Assembly (NCBI GenBank): GCA_963700985.1
Contig: OY969554.1
Span: 960,001-1,024,000 of the forward strand
DNA from: an uncultured Chlamydiales bacterium
GTDB lineage: Bacteria; Chlamydiota; Chlamydiia; Chlamydiales; Rhabdochlamydiaceae
Direction of reading: 5' to 3'
Length of the DNA: 64,000 bases
The notes beneath the pieces are model-generated. The model saw only the letters and a list, made by a program, of their open reading frames with translations, did no database searches and was not told where the DNA came from. The position numbers and the translations under genes are program-made. Below are positions 11,216 to 21,737 of the stretch, in pieces; position 1 is the first letter of the stretch, and the number at the start of each line of letters is the position of its first letter.

Positions 11216-11800
11216 ATGCTAGTAATTGAAGATCTACAGAAAGTCCCAGAGCTCTCCCGTCCTATTGCACTTTCGATCGGCAACTTCGCCGGCGTGCATC
11301 GCGGACATCAACAACTACTTAATCGACTAAGAGAAAGAGCTACAGATAAAGGCACAACGGTCGTGCTCACTTTCAGCAACCATCCGCTAGAGGTGCTTAC
11401 GGGTAGAACACCAGCAGCCGAGATCTGTTCATCTGAGCAAAAACTAAAACTTTTAGAAAAAGCCAAAGTCGATCTGGTGCTCCATCTTAAATTCACACCA
11501 GAGCTCGCCAAAGAGCCCTTTGATCTCTTTCTTAGGCAGATAAAAGAAAAGGTTCCGTTTTCGTTTCTCATCCTTGGCCAGGGAGCAACTTTTGGAAAAG
11601 GAAAAAAAGGCGATGAAACCCATGTTAAAGCTTTAGAAAAAGAACTGGATTTTCAAGCTGAGTATCTCCCTAAAACAGAGATGGATGGCCGCGCAATTTC
11701 CTCTGGGTGGATCCGCGAAGAGATAGAAAAAGGCAACTTAAGCCAAGTAGAAAAGCTGCTCGGCCGATCATATGATATGCAAATTTATAAAAAGGTATAA
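11216..11800 (+). CDS. ribF: RibF N-terminal FMN adenylyltransferase domain only
   Basis: GNFAGVHRGHQ, ISSGWIR..I..G, LLGR.Y; ends before the riboflavin kinase domain. Confidence 0.85.
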   Translation: MLVIEDLQKVPELSRPIALSIGNFAGVHRGHQQLLNRLRERATDKGTTVVLTFSNHPLEVLTGRTPAAEICSSEQKLKLLEKAKVDLVLHLKFTPELAKEPFDLFLRQIKEKVPFSFLILGQGATFGKGKKGDETHVKALEKELDFQAEYLPKTEMDGRAISSGWIREEIEKGNLSQVEKLLGRSYDMQIYKKV

Positions 11801-11802
11801 CC

Positions 11803-12897
11803 ATGGCAGAACTCTCTTGTGGCATCGTAGGTCTTCCGAATGTTGGTAAGTCCACACTTTTTAATGCGCTTACGCGAAAAGGCGCACCTGCGGCTAACTA
11901 CCCTTTTTGTACAATCGATCCCAACGTGGGTATTGTGGATGTAGACGATCCGCGCCTGGCGATTTTATCCGCCATCTCCGGCAGCAAAAAGCTCGTCTAC
12001 GCTACCATGACTTTCGTCGATATTGCAGGTCTAGTAGAAGGCGCTTCACAAGGAGCTGGATTGGGCAATAAGTTTTTAGCCAATATCCGTGAAGCAGACG
12101 CCGTGCTTCATGTCGTGCGCTGCTTTGAAGATGAGGATGTGATCCACGTAGAAGGATGCATCGATCCCCTCGATGATATCGCTGTGATCAATCTGGAACT
12201 GATCCTTTCTGATATGCAGATGGTCAATAACGTACTGCAAAAATTAGAAAAACAGTTAAAAGCTAAAAAAGATCTCCAGCCAATTTATGAAACACTTCAA
12301 AAAGCCCAACGCCATCTCAACGAAAGTTTGCCGCTTAGAAGTCTAGATCTGAACGAAGAAGAAAAAGAGCATTTACGTGCCTATCCCTTTTTAACAGACA
12401 AAAAAGTGTTGTATGCCACCAACGTAGCTGAAGATTCTCTCCCCTCAATGGAGAATGCCTATGTTGAAAAGGTGCGTGACTATGCACATAAAGAAGGCAA
12501 TCGCATAATTCCCGTCTGTGCAAAACTCGAAGAAGAGGTCACACAGCTATCCAATGCCGAAGCGGTAGAGTTCTTACAAACATTAGGCTTAAAAGAGACC
12601 GGCCTTAATCGCCTGATCAAAGCCTCATTTGAGACGCTCGATCTCATCACTTTCCTTACCACCGGAGAGATGGAGACGCGTGCGTGGACGATTAAAAAAG
12701 GCATGTCAGCCCAAGAAGCCGCTGGCAAGATCCACACCGACATTCAAAAAGGCTTTATCCGCGCGGAAGTCGTCTCTTACGAAGATTTTGTGAAATACAA
12801 TGGTAGAGTTGGCGCACGTGATGCTGGAAAAGCCCGCTCGGAAGGCAGAGAGTATATCGTGCAAGATGGCGATGTAATCCTCTTCTTCCACAACTAA
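11803..12897 (+). CDS. ychF: Ribosome-binding ATPase YchF
   Basis: [30 protein letters not shown]-terminal TGS domain. Confidence 0.98.
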   Translation: MAELSCGIVGLPNVGKSTLFNALTRKGAPAANYPFCTIDPNVGIVDVDDPRLAILSAISGSKKLVYATMTFVDIAGLVEGASQGAGLGNKFLANIREADAVLHVVRCFEDEDVIHVEGCIDPLDDIAVINLELILSDMQMVNNVLQKLEKQLKAKKDLQPIYETLQKAQRHLNESLPLRSLDLNEEEKEHLRAYPFLTDKKVLYATNVAEDSLPSMENAYVEKVRDYAHKEGNRIIPVCAKLEEEVTQLSNAEAVEFLQTLGLKETGLNRLIKASFETLDLITFLTTGEMETRAWTIKKGMSAQEAAGKIHTDIQKGFIRAEVVSYEDFVKYNGRVGARDAGKARSEGREYIVQDGDVILFFHN

Positions 12898-12921
12898 TTA
12901 AAAAAAGCGGAGAATAGATTC

Positions 12922-14049
12922 TTGCAAAACCTGCTGTTTGTCACCACCACTCGCTTTCTTCAACCTATGCTCATAAAAGAGTTGCAAGAGATGGGTGTGC
13001 CCAGTATTCGCCAGGGCCTAGCGGGCGTCTTCATTCCTAGAGAAATGCACTGGGTCTATAAGATCAACTACTGCTCGCGCTTTGCCACACGCGTGCTTTG
13101 GCCCTTTGCACACTTTCGTTGCGAAAATCGCGACGATCTTTACCACAACACATATAATATAAGTTGGCCTGATATCTTCGCTTTGAACGAAACTTTTGCC
13201 ATCGATTCTAATGTGACCAGCGATACGCTACGCCATAGTCTTTTTGCCGCCCAGGTGATGAAAGATGCGATCTGCGATCGTTTCCGTAAAGAGTGCAACG
13301 GCCGCCCTTTCGTGCAAGTTGACAACCCAGATGTGCAGTTCAATCTTTTTATTCACGAAGGCATCGCTACTTTGAGCCTCGACACTTCAGGTGCACCTTT
13401 ATTTAAACGCGGATGGCGCAAACAAACCGGCGACGCTCCTTTGCAAGAATCGGTAGCCGCAGGGTTGCTCGATCTAGCGAATTTCTCGGCAGATGAGATC
13501 CTTTGTGATCCCTTCTGTGGAAGCGGCACCATCCTCATCGAAGCCGCTTTTAAACTCACGCGTACACCGCCAGGCTTCTGTCGTAATACCTGGGGATTTT
13601 TCAAACATCCCGAGTTTGAAGAAGATGAGTGGAAGGCTGTAAAAGAAGAAGCCGATAAAGCGATCTTGCCTATGCCGAAAGAAATTCTGTTTGGATCAGA
13701 TAAAGATCCGATGGCCATCGAAATGTGTCAGAACAATTTGCGTAATGCTGGCTTTGAAGATGCAATTACTTTGGATTGCAAAGACATTCGCTCCTATTTC
13801 CCTGAAAAGGCTCCAACCTTAATTCTTTCCAACCCTCCTTTTGGTAAACGCCTCAAAAGTTCAAACGAACTCTATCAAGCTCTTGGCCACTTCATAAAGA
13901 CAAGATGTACAAAGAGCTGCCGAGCGAGTATCCTATGTCCTGATGAAGCTCTTATCCAGAGCGCTGAGCTCCCTATTTCCGGTAAAGTACCACTCACTGC
14001 TGGCGGCCTCGATCTCTTTCTGTTCAATTTGACCGCAGAAAAAAAATAA
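12922..14049 (+). CDS. THUMP-domain SAM-dependent RNA methyltransferase (RlmL-like)
   Basis: LDTSGAPLFKRGWR, DPFCGSGTILIEAA, SNPPFG. Confidence 0.9.
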   Translation: MQNLLFVTTTRFLQPMLIKELQEMGVPSIRQGLAGVFIPREMHWVYKINYCSRFATRVLWPFAHFRCENRDDLYHNTYNISWPDIFALNETFAIDSNVTSDTLRHSLFAAQVMKDAICDRFRKECNGRPFVQVDNPDVQFNLFIHEGIATLSLDTSGAPLFKRGWRKQTGDAPLQESVAAGLLDLANFSADEILCDPFCGSGTILIEAAFKLTRTPPGFCRNTWGFFKHPEFEEDEWKAVKEEADKAILPMPKEILFGSDKDPMAIEMCQNNLRNAGFEDAITLDCKDIRSYFPEKAPTLILSNPPFGKRLKSSNELYQALGHFIKTRCTKSCRASILCPDEALIQSAELPISGKVPLTAGGLDLFLFNLTAEKK

Positions 14050-14182
14050 TAGGATAGACAGGATTCCATTAATTTTCTTTCTCCCTCGGTGTTCTCTGTG
14101 ATCTCTGTGGTTTGATTCTTCATCTTTCTTCAGCTATACTGAGCACACGAACCGATTAGTTGAAATTTTATAGGCTTCTCGA

Positions 14183-15259
14183 ATGGCAGAAAAAAGTGAA
14201 AAGGCGACCCCGAAGAAGCTGCGCGATGCGCGCAAAAAGGGTCAGGTTGCAAAAGCCCAAGATTTTCCTTCTGCCCTCACCTTCATCGTTTCAATTGCTG
14301 CTACAATCTTATCTGGCAGTTATCTCTATGAGCAACTTTCGACCTATCTCATTAGCACCTTTAAGCGTTCTGCCACAGAAATCGATCTAGCTAATCGCGC
14401 AGGCAGCTACCTTTCTGAAGCCATCACCGTGATTATGAACTGCACCTGGCCTGTGCTTGTAATCACTGTTTGCGTGGGCGTAATGACCAATTTTCTATTA
14501 GTAGGACCGATGTTTTCGGCTGAAGCACTCAAGCCCGATCTCGATCGTCTCAATCCGGTCACAAACCTCAAGAACCTTTTTAAATTTAAAACTTTATTCG
14601 AATTAATCAAATCGATCCTGAAGATCACAGGCGCAATTATCCTCATCTATAGTGTTGTTTCGAACAGCTTAGGTGACATCATCTCTACGGCCGGCATGCC
14701 ACTTTCAGGCATTTTGGCCGTATTTAATAACTTTCTCTTTAAGGTGATTATCCGTGTGGGGATTTTCTTTTTAGCCGTGGCGGTAGCCGACCTCGTTTTC
14801 CAGAGACGCAACTTCGCTAAAGAGATGCGCATGGAAAAATTTGAGGTTAAGCAGGAATTTAAAGATACGGAGGGCGATCCTCATATTAAGAGCAAACGCA
14901 AACAGCAAGCGCAAGAGCTCGCCTATCAAGAAGGACCTGGAGCCGCACGCAGAGCCCGTGCAATTATTACAAATCCGATTCACATTGCTGTCGCAATAGA
15001 ATATGATGAAGAAAAAGAACCGGCACCTAAGATCATAACAATGGGTCAAGGCCCCATTGCAGATCGCATCGTCAAAGTAGGCCAAGAGAACAATATCCCG
15101 ATCATGCGGAACGTTCCACTTGCACATACTCTTTTCGAAAAAGGCAAAATCGGCGAGTATGTACCTGAGGAAACCTATCAAGCGATAGCAGAGATCCTCA
15201 GATGGTTGAAAGGCATCGAAGCCCCCGAAGCGTTGGAACGAGAACTATTTAATAAATAA
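14183..15259 (+). CDS. cdsU: T3SS export apparatus switch protein SctU/CdsU
   Basis: EKATPKKLRDARKKGQV, KDTEGDP, NPIH autocleavage-type motif. Confidence 0.95.
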   Translation: MAEKSEKATPKKLRDARKKGQVAKAQDFPSALTFIVSIAATILSGSYLYEQLSTYLISTFKRSATEIDLANRAGSYLSEAITVIMNCTWPVLVITVCVGVMTNFLLVGPMFSAEALKPDLDRLNPVTNLKNLFKFKTLFELIKSILKITGAIILIYSVVSNSLGDIISTAGMPLSGILAVFNNFLFKVIIRVGIFFLAVAVADLVFQRRNFAKEMRMEKFEVKQEFKDTEGDPHIKSKRKQQAQELAYQEGPGAARRARAIITNPIHIAVAIEYDEEKEPAPKIITMGQGPIADRIVKVGQENNIPIMRNVPLAHTLFEKGKIGEYVPEETYQAIAEILRWLKGIEAPEALERELFNK

Positions 15260-15263
15260 CTAA

Positions 15264-17396
15264 ATGAAAAATTTCATCGCGAACCTCTCTAAAACACTTG
15301 GTGGGACAAAACTCCTCGCCATCATTGGGCGCTCAAGCGATATCATCTTAGCCTTCTTCATCATCATCATTATCATGGTGATCATTATCCCAGTATCGCC
15401 CAACGTACTGGATAACCTAATTGCTCTTAACCTCACCGTCTCGATCGCACTGTTGATGGTGGCACTTTACATCCCGAAAGCCGTTAACCTTTCGATGTTT
15501 CCCTCTCTTCTTCTAATCACTACCCTCTTTCGATTGGGAATTGAGATCGCAGCAACTAAACAGATTCTTTTGCACGCTTACGCCGGTCATATCATCTTGG
15601 CCTTTGGTAATTTCGTCGTTGGGGGAAATTTCGTTGTCGGCGGTATCGTCTTCTTAATTATCACGATCGTTCAGTTTATCGTTGTAACCAAGGGTGCCGA
15701 GCGCGTCGCTGAAGTTGCCGCGCGTTTTACCCTCGATGCGATGCCAGGAAAACAGATGAGTATCGATGCGGATATGCGCAGCGGTGTCATCGATGCCACC
15801 CAAGCCCGAGAACTACGCCTATCTCTAACTAAAGAGAGCCAACTCTACGGAGCCATGGACGGCGCGATGAAGTTCGTTAAAGGGGACGTCATTGCAGGTA
15901 TCGTGATCGCTGTGATCAACATCGTTGGAGGCTTGATCATCGGGGTTGCTATGCACGGCATGACCGCGATGAAGGCAGCACAAGTTTATACACTGCTTTC
16001 TATCGGCGGTGGCCTAGTCACCCAGATTCCTTCCCTGCTCATCTCGCTCACTGCCGGTATCGTTACCACGCGCGTCTCTTCGGATAAAAAAGATTCAAAC
16101 CTCGGTAAAGAGATCTCTGATCAGCTCCTCGGGCAGCCGAAAGCGATCATGATCGCAGCTGGCGTGCTTTTTTCCATGGCATGGATCCCTGGCTTTCCCC
16201 GCACCATCTTCGTACTTCTTGGGCTCGCATTAGGCGTTGCAGGAACGTATACCTGGTATAAAACTAAAACCAAGGCCGCCAAGAGCGCAGCCGGTATCGG
16301 TGGCACACGTGTGGAGACAGACGTCGAAGGTCACGCCGTAGTAAGAGGCCCGGCCGACGAGTATGCCTTAACATTACCAGTTATTTTAGAAGTTGGAAAA
16401 AACTTATCCCTTCTGATCAAAAAAGACCGTCAAGGCTTGACCTTTGTCGAAGAGATGATCCCTAAAATGCGCCATGCACTTTATCAAGATTTAGGCGTGC
16501 GCTTCCCCGGAGTACACGTACGCACCGACTCTCCTACACTTGAAGCCGATGAATATGCCATTTCATTGAACGAAGTTCCGATCGTCCGCGGCAAAATTCT
16601 CGAAGGCTACCTACTTACCAACGAATCGCCTGAAAACCTGCGCCGTTATAATTTACCATTTACAACAACCAAAAGCACCACCGGTCAACCTTCGCTTTGG
16701 GTCGATAGCAAATATCAAGAGATCTTGCAAAAAGCTGGCATCAAATTCTGGCGCCCACTCGATGTCATGATTTTGCACCTCTCTTTCTTCTATAAGCAGT
16801 ATGCTGCCGAATTTATTGGTATCCAAGAGGTACGCGGAATCTTAGAATTCGTCGAAAAATCCTATCCAGATCTCGTAAAAGAGGTCACGCGTCTTGTGCC
16901 ACTTCAGAAGTTAACAGAAATTTTCAGACGCCTTGTACAAGAGCAAGTTTCGATTAAAGATCTCCGAACCATTATGGAAGCGTTAAGCGAATGGGCCCAG
17001 ACAGAAAAAGACACCGTGCTTCTAACTGAATACGTGCGCTCTTCTCTTAAAAGATATATCAGCTACAAGTACTCCCAAGGCCAGTCAATTCTCTCTGTTT
17101 ATCTTATGGATCCTGAAATCGAAGACATGGTGCGCGGAGCGATTAAACAGACCTCAGCCGGTTCCTACTTGGCGCTAGATCCCGATTCAGTGCAGCTGAT
17201 TTTGCATTCAATGCGCTCAACGATTGTCCCCACACCTGCCGGTGGTCAGCCTCCTGTGCTCCTTACTGCAATTGACGTACGCCGATTTGTGCGCAAGCTC
17301 ATCGAAGGCGAATTCCCCGAGCTCGCTGTCGTCTCCTATCAAGAGATCGTCCCCGAAATCCGCATTCAGCCTCTTGGCCGCATTCAGCTCACATAA
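15264..17396 (+). CDS. cdsV: T3SS export gate SctV/CdsV (LcrD)
   Basis: RVAEVAARFTLDAMPGKQMSIDAD, GAMDGAMKFVKGD (FHIPEP family). Confidence 0.97.
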   Translation: MKNFIANLSKTLGGTKLLAIIGRSSDIILAFFIIIIIMVIIIPVSPNVLDNLIALNLTVSIALLMVALYIPKAVNLSMFPSLLLITTLFRLGIEIAATKQILLHAYAGHIILAFGNFVVGGNFVVGGIVFLIITIVQFIVVTKGAERVAEVAARFTLDAMPGKQMSIDADMRSGVIDATQARELRLSLTKESQLYGAMDGAMKFVKGDVIAGIVIAVINIVGGLIIGVAMHGMTAMKAAQVYTLLSIGGGLVTQIPSLLISLTAGIVTTRVSSDKKDSNLGKEISDQLLGQPKAIMIAAGVLFSMAWIPGFPRTIFVLLGLALGVAGTYTWYKTKTKAAKSAAGIGGTRVETDVEGHAVVRGPADEYALTLPVILEVGKNLSLLIKKDRQGLTFVEEMIPKMRHALYQDLGVRFPGVHVRTDSPTLEADEYAISLNEVPIVRGKILEGYLLTNESPENLRRYNLPFTTTKSTTGQPSLWVDSKYQEILQKAGIKFWRPLDVMILHLSFFYKQYAAEFIGIQEVRGILEFVEKSYPDLVKEVTRLVPLQKLTEIFRRLVQEQVSIKDLRTIMEALSEWAQTEKDTVLLTEYVRSSLKRYISYKYSQGQSILSVYLMDPEIEDMVRGAIKQTSAGSYLALDPDSVQLILHSMRSTIVPTPAGGQPPVLLTAIDVRRFVRKLIEGEFPELAVVSYQEIVPEIRIQPLGRIQLT

Positions 17397-17467
17397 TTTA
17401 AGTCTTCGATCTTTGGCGTTTTCAAAATAATTGAAAGCTCTCTATAAGAAAGAAAAGACGAGGGATT

Positions 17468-18328
17468 ATGTCGCGCCATCTCGGTTGGATCGGTTTGTTT
17501 ATTCTTTCAATGCTGTTTTTTGCAGTAACCTATGCACTCTATAAAGCTTGCGAACCGTTTCTGCCCAATACGTTAATTCTATTTTTCCAGAATCTTTGCA
17601 GCTTGATCATCATTAGCCCCTTCGCCTTAAAAGGTGGAAAAAAAGCTCTTGTCACCTCCAAACTGCCTCTGATCGCGCTCAGATCCCTATTCGGCCTAAT
17701 CGGAGTCTATTTATTAACACTTGCACTGAAAACTGTTAACCTTTCTGAGGTCGTTCTTCTAAATAATAGCGCCCCTCTTTATATCCCCCTGATCGTCTGG
17801 CTCTGGCATAAGGAAAAGATTTCATACAAACTCTGGATTGGCCTAATCATCGGCTTCTTGGGAATATTCATCATCTTAAGACCAGGTTTTGATTCGCTCC
17901 AAGCAGGTCTAATTTTTGGGTTTTTCTCAGGGATTGCAACCGCATTTATGTTTGTAGTTGTCCGCCAAATTGCACAAGAGCCTTTCTTAAGAATCCTATT
18001 CTATTACTTCTTATTCTTCTGTCTGGTGTTAAGCCCCTTCCTTTGGTTTCACTGGGCTTTGCCCCCTCCCATTGTCTGGCTCTACATTATTCTAGCTGCC
18101 ATCACGATGATCGGGGCCCAGACGTGCATGACAATTGCGTTGCGCCATGCCACTGCTCACGAAACCTCACCTTTCATTTATACAAGCGTAATTTTTGCCG
18201 GTTTAATCGATTGGATCTTCTGGAATATTAAACCTGATTACATTTCTGGAATCGGCATGGTTGTCGTGATCATCGGATGCGTTGTCACCCTTCTTATCAC
18301 CCACAAGGGCAACACAAAGAAAATATGA
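17468..18328 (+). CDS. EamA/DMT family transporter
   Basis: About 10 hydrophobic segments in two repeats; HKEK motif. Confidence 0.85.
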   Translation: MSRHLGWIGLFILSMLFFAVTYALYKACEPFLPNTLILFFQNLCSLIIISPFALKGGKKALVTSKLPLIALRSLFGLIGVYLLTLALKTVNLSEVVLLNNSAPLYIPLIVWLWHKEKISYKLWIGLIIGFLGIFIILRPGFDSLQAGLIFGFFSGIATAFMFVVVRQIAQEPFLRILFYYFLFFCLVLSPFLWFHWALPPPIVWLYIILAAITMIGAQTCMTIALRHATAHETSPFIYTSVIFAGLIDWIFWNIKPDYISGIGMVVVIIGCVVTLLITHKGNTKKI

Positions 18329-18399
18329 GAGTTGCTCTTCTTAAAGTTATTGCCTTTACTATTTAATCGAGCAGCGATAAATCAAGGATTGATAAGAGG

Positions 18400-19590
18400 G
18401 TGTCCAAAGAGCTAGCTATGCACGACGAACCGATCAGAACCTCTCGCGTCAATCCGATCGAATCTCAGCGCGCCCAACAGGCGAGAAAAGCTGAAGAGGC
18501 GGGCCGCTATGCCATGCAAGCGGAAAGCATCGAAAATGAGTTTACCCAATGGACTGAGACTGCAGCTTTTAACCCTCTTGCCATGGCAAGACGTTTTGAA
18601 ACCCTAGAGACACGCACGCGTAGAAAAGAAAAAGAGAGCGAAACAGAAAAAGCCGAAAAAGAAGGCATTCAAGAAGTCCAAGCTGCTGAAGAGATCTCCG
18701 AACAGTTTGAGCGTAAAAATCCCGAGCTGAGTTCACGCACGCTGCTGCAGCTGCGCGCACGCGCAAGCGGCAAAGATACTAAAGACGGGCTGCTCAAAAA
18801 GGTCCTTGATACCTATCCCGACTTCTCTCTTGCAGATGAAGCATTGGATTACCTAATCCAATCAGGCGATGCTGAGCTCATTAAAGTTGCACGAGAAGTA
18901 AAAAAAGAGATCAATACGATCTATGCGCGTGAAATTAAAGCGGGTAGAAATATCGCGCTTGAAGCTAGGCAGTTCTCGTCTCAAGGCTTAGGAAGCCCCA
19001 CCGCGCTTCGCGATCTCTATCGCGACATCACAGGCAATCCACGTGACGCCCTGACACTTTTCGATCAGCTCTGCGGCTCTTATGAATATGATAAGATGAA
19101 GACCATCATCGACTTTGTGCTTCACTCCCTTGGTGCAGATCTTAAATCTAAAGGCCCATCAATTTCACCTGGAGAGCTGCATCGCCTTTTTTCTGAAGCA
19201 CGCGATATGCAAGCTATCTTAGGTGTCTTTCGCTTCTTTCGCACACGTATGAATCTTATCACTTCTTCATTTCAAAGAAGCGGCATTGCTCTTCCTGGTC
19301 GTATCACCTTCGAACTTCTATCCAGGCTCTTCATGAAATATCTGCAAGAGCGCTACCCTACAAGCGACAAGGTGATGCAAATGGCTATTCAACTAGCTTT
19401 ATCGGAAGAGGAAGAAGCCCAAATCATCATCTTTACGCAGATGCGTGATGCCATAAGACAGGTTGCGCCCAAACTCTATCGATCGAATCAACATCGCCAA
19501 GACGCCCTTATGTCTTTTATCGAAGCGTTGGAAGAGCTTGAAGAAGATGAAGATGATGAGCAAGAGCACCCCAAAAAGCAGAAAAAATAA
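18400..19590 (+). CDS. copN: T3SS gatekeeper SctW/CopN
   Basis: GRNI..EARQFS..SPTALRDLY, LGADLKSKGPSI; position after cdsV; alternative ATG at 18418. Confidence 0.9.
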   Translation: MSKELAMHDEPIRTSRVNPIESQRAQQARKAEEAGRYAMQAESIENEFTQWTETAAFNPLAMARRFETLETRTRRKEKESETEKAEKEGIQEVQAAEEISEQFERKNPELSSRTLLQLRARASGKDTKDGLLKKVLDTYPDFSLADEALDYLIQSGDAELIKVAREVKKEINTIYAREIKAGRNIALEARQFSSQGLGSPTALRDLYRDITGNPRDALTLFDQLCGSYEYDKMKTIIDFVLHSLGADLKSKGPSISPGELHRLFSEARDMQAILGVFRFFRTRMNLITSSFQRSGIALPGRITFELLSRLFMKYLQERYPTSDKVMQMAIQLALSEEEEAQIIIFTQMRDAIRQVAPKLYRSNQHRQDALMSFIEALEELEEDEDDEQEHPKKQKK

Positions 19591-19600
19591 GATTTAAGTT

Positions 19601-20050
19601 ATGGATCGCTTTCAAGCCCTACTCAATCAGATCAGTCCGCTTATTCATGTGCCACTTTATTCTGATCGCAAGCGCGCCGTACGCCTCACTGTAAATGAGA
19701 CCTTGCATATTCAAATCGAAGATGATGAACCTAAAGATAGACTCCTGATCGCAACTTTTATCAGCGAAATTCCTGCTGGAAAATATCGTGAAAATCTACT
19801 TAAAGAAGGGCTTAAAGCCAACGTACCCTATCCGAGAATCGGCACCTTTGCGTATTCGGAACGCAATAACCAGCTCTGTCTTTTCGAATATCTAGCTTAT
19901 CCGAATCTTACAGGTGAAAAAGTTGCCGACAGGCTGGCCAGTTTTATTGAAAAATCCCTGCTCTGGCGCAAAGCTATCGAAGGAGGGATCCTTCCCACAA
20001 GTAATGATAACGAAATAAAAGTTAACAGGTCTGTTTTCGAACATTTATGA
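19601..20050 (+). CDS. scc1: CesT/SycE-family T3SS chaperone Scc1
   Basis: 149 aa; G.YRENLLKE.LKAN..YPRIGTFAYS; follows copN. Confidence 0.88.
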   Translation: MDRFQALLNQISPLIHVPLYSDRKRAVRLTVNETLHIQIEDDEPKDRLLIATFISEIPAGKYRENLLKEGLKANVPYPRIGTFAYSERNNQLCLFEYLAYPNLTGEKVADRLASFIEKSLLWRKAIEGGILPTSNDNEIKVNRSVFEHL

Positions 20051-21672
20051 CAGCCGATCTAAAAAAAACACTCTTAGACTCGCTCGCCGGCCCGCATTGG
20101 GATAAAATCGGCATCTCCCATCATCATGGCTTCGATCTACCGCTCTCTGCGCTACACAGCAAAAATAGTTGCGGCATCGGTGAATTTTTCGATCTTATTC
20201 CTATGATCGACTGGTGCAAACAGCTTAAAATGGATGTGATTCAACTGCTGCCACTGAATGATTCTGGGAATGATCCTAGCCCTTACAACGCGCAGTCAGC
20301 ATGCGCCTTAAACCCCATCTATCTATCTCTTTATAAACTGCCTTATCTCGACGAAATACCCGAGCTCAAAAAGGATCTAGAAGAGCTACAACTTCTGACA
20401 AAAACGCAGAAAATCGCTTACCACCAAGTCAAAATTCAAAAGCTCTATTGGCTGCGTCTCTATTTTTATAACGTGGGCGCAAAGCTGATAAAGCTGGATG
20501 ATTTCCAACAGTTCATTAAAGATAATGACTGGGCAATTTCTTATGGACTCTTCAAAGTTCTCAAAGACATCTTAGAGCAAGGTCGCTGGCAATATTGGCC
20601 TGATGAACTTAAAAATCTCTCTGCAAAGCGCTATAAGGAACTCGTCGATCTCTACTGGCCTCAAATCGGCTTCTATCTCTGCCTCCAATATCTCTGTTAT
20701 TCCCAGCTGAAAAGCGTCAAAGAATATGCTGCAAAGATGAATGTACTATTGAAAGGAGATATACCCATCCTTATCAGCCCCGATAGTGTGGACGTCTGGC
20801 ATCACACAGATCTTTTTAACTTAGATTACGCGGCTGGCGCACCTCCAGATCCTTATAGCCCCGAACAACAATATTGGGGATTTCCGCTCTACCGTTGGGA
20901 TGTCAAAAAGAAAACTGGATATAGCTGGTGGAAAAAACGCCTGCAAGTAGCCAGCAATTTTTTCGATCTATACCGCTTAGATCATGTAGTTGGACTCTTC
21001 CGCATCTGGGCAATTCCTGTGGGCGAGCCACAAACTCTCGGCCACTTTATACCGACAGATGAGTCTCTTTGGATTCCTCAAGGTAAAGAGCTGCTTACTA
21101 TGATGCTCACATCTTTCATGATGCTGCCGATTGCCGAAGACCTTGGTACAGTCTCGCCAGATATCCGCCTCTGCCTTACACAGCTGGGTATACCTGGTAC
21201 AAAAGTCATGCGTTGGGAGCGTTATTGGCAGGAAGATAAGCGATTTATTCCAGAAAATGACTATCCGCCTATTAGCATGACTTGCGTATCTACACACGAC
21301 TCAGAAACACTTACGCTCTGGTGGAAAGATTCAACAAAAGAAGCCATAGATTATGCAACCTTCAAAGGATGGGATTACAAACCAGATCTCTCAAAAGACC
21401 AACGCAAAGAGATCTTATGGGATAGCCATCATACCGCCAGCCTCTTCCATATCAATCTTCTTCAAGAGTATCTCGCTCTCTTTCCAGAACTGATCTGGTC
21501 GAATCCCTATGACGAACGCATCAACGTTCCGGGCAAAGTTCTCTCCTCAAATTGGACCTATCGCTTTCGCCCCAGTGTTGAAGAGCTTATCGCTCACACA
21601 GGACTAAAACAAGAAATCCAAGAAATCATCTCCTCTCCCACCGTTAAATCCTTAGTTAGTAAGAGTGCTTGA
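20047..21672 (+). CDS. malQ: 4-alpha-glucanotransferase
   Basis: QLLPLNDSG..SPY, KGDIPILIS, YRLDHVVG, AEDLG, STHD. Confidence 0.96.
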   Translation: MTADLKKTLLDSLAGPHWDKIGISHHHGFDLPLSALHSKNSCGIGEFFDLIPMIDWCKQLKMDVIQLLPLNDSGNDPSPYNAQSACALNPIYLSLYKLPYLDEIPELKKDLEELQLLTKTQKIAYHQVKIQKLYWLRLYFYNVGAKLIKLDDFQQFIKDNDWAISYGLFKVLKDILEQGRWQYWPDELKNLSAKRYKELVDLYWPQIGFYLCLQYLCYSQLKSVKEYAAKMNVLLKGDIPILISPDSVDVWHHTDLFNLDYAAGAPPDPYSPEQQYWGFPLYRWDVKKKTGYSWWKKRLQVASNFFDLYRLDHVVGLFRIWAIPVGEPQTLGHFIPTDESLWIPQGKELLTMMLTSFMMLPIAEDLGTVSPDIRLCLTQLGIPGTKVMRWERYWQEDKRFIPENDYPPISMTCVSTHDSETLTLWWKDSTKEAIDYATFKGWDYKPDLSKDQRKEILWDSHHTASLFHINLLQEYLALFPELIWSNPYDERINVPGKVLSSNWTYRFRPSVEELIAHTGLKQEIQEIISSPTVKSLVSKSA

Positions 21673-21737
21673 GCAAAAGAGGTAATTCCGCTAGATTCAG
21701 GCTAATAAATAGAACACTATAACACCTATGCACATCA

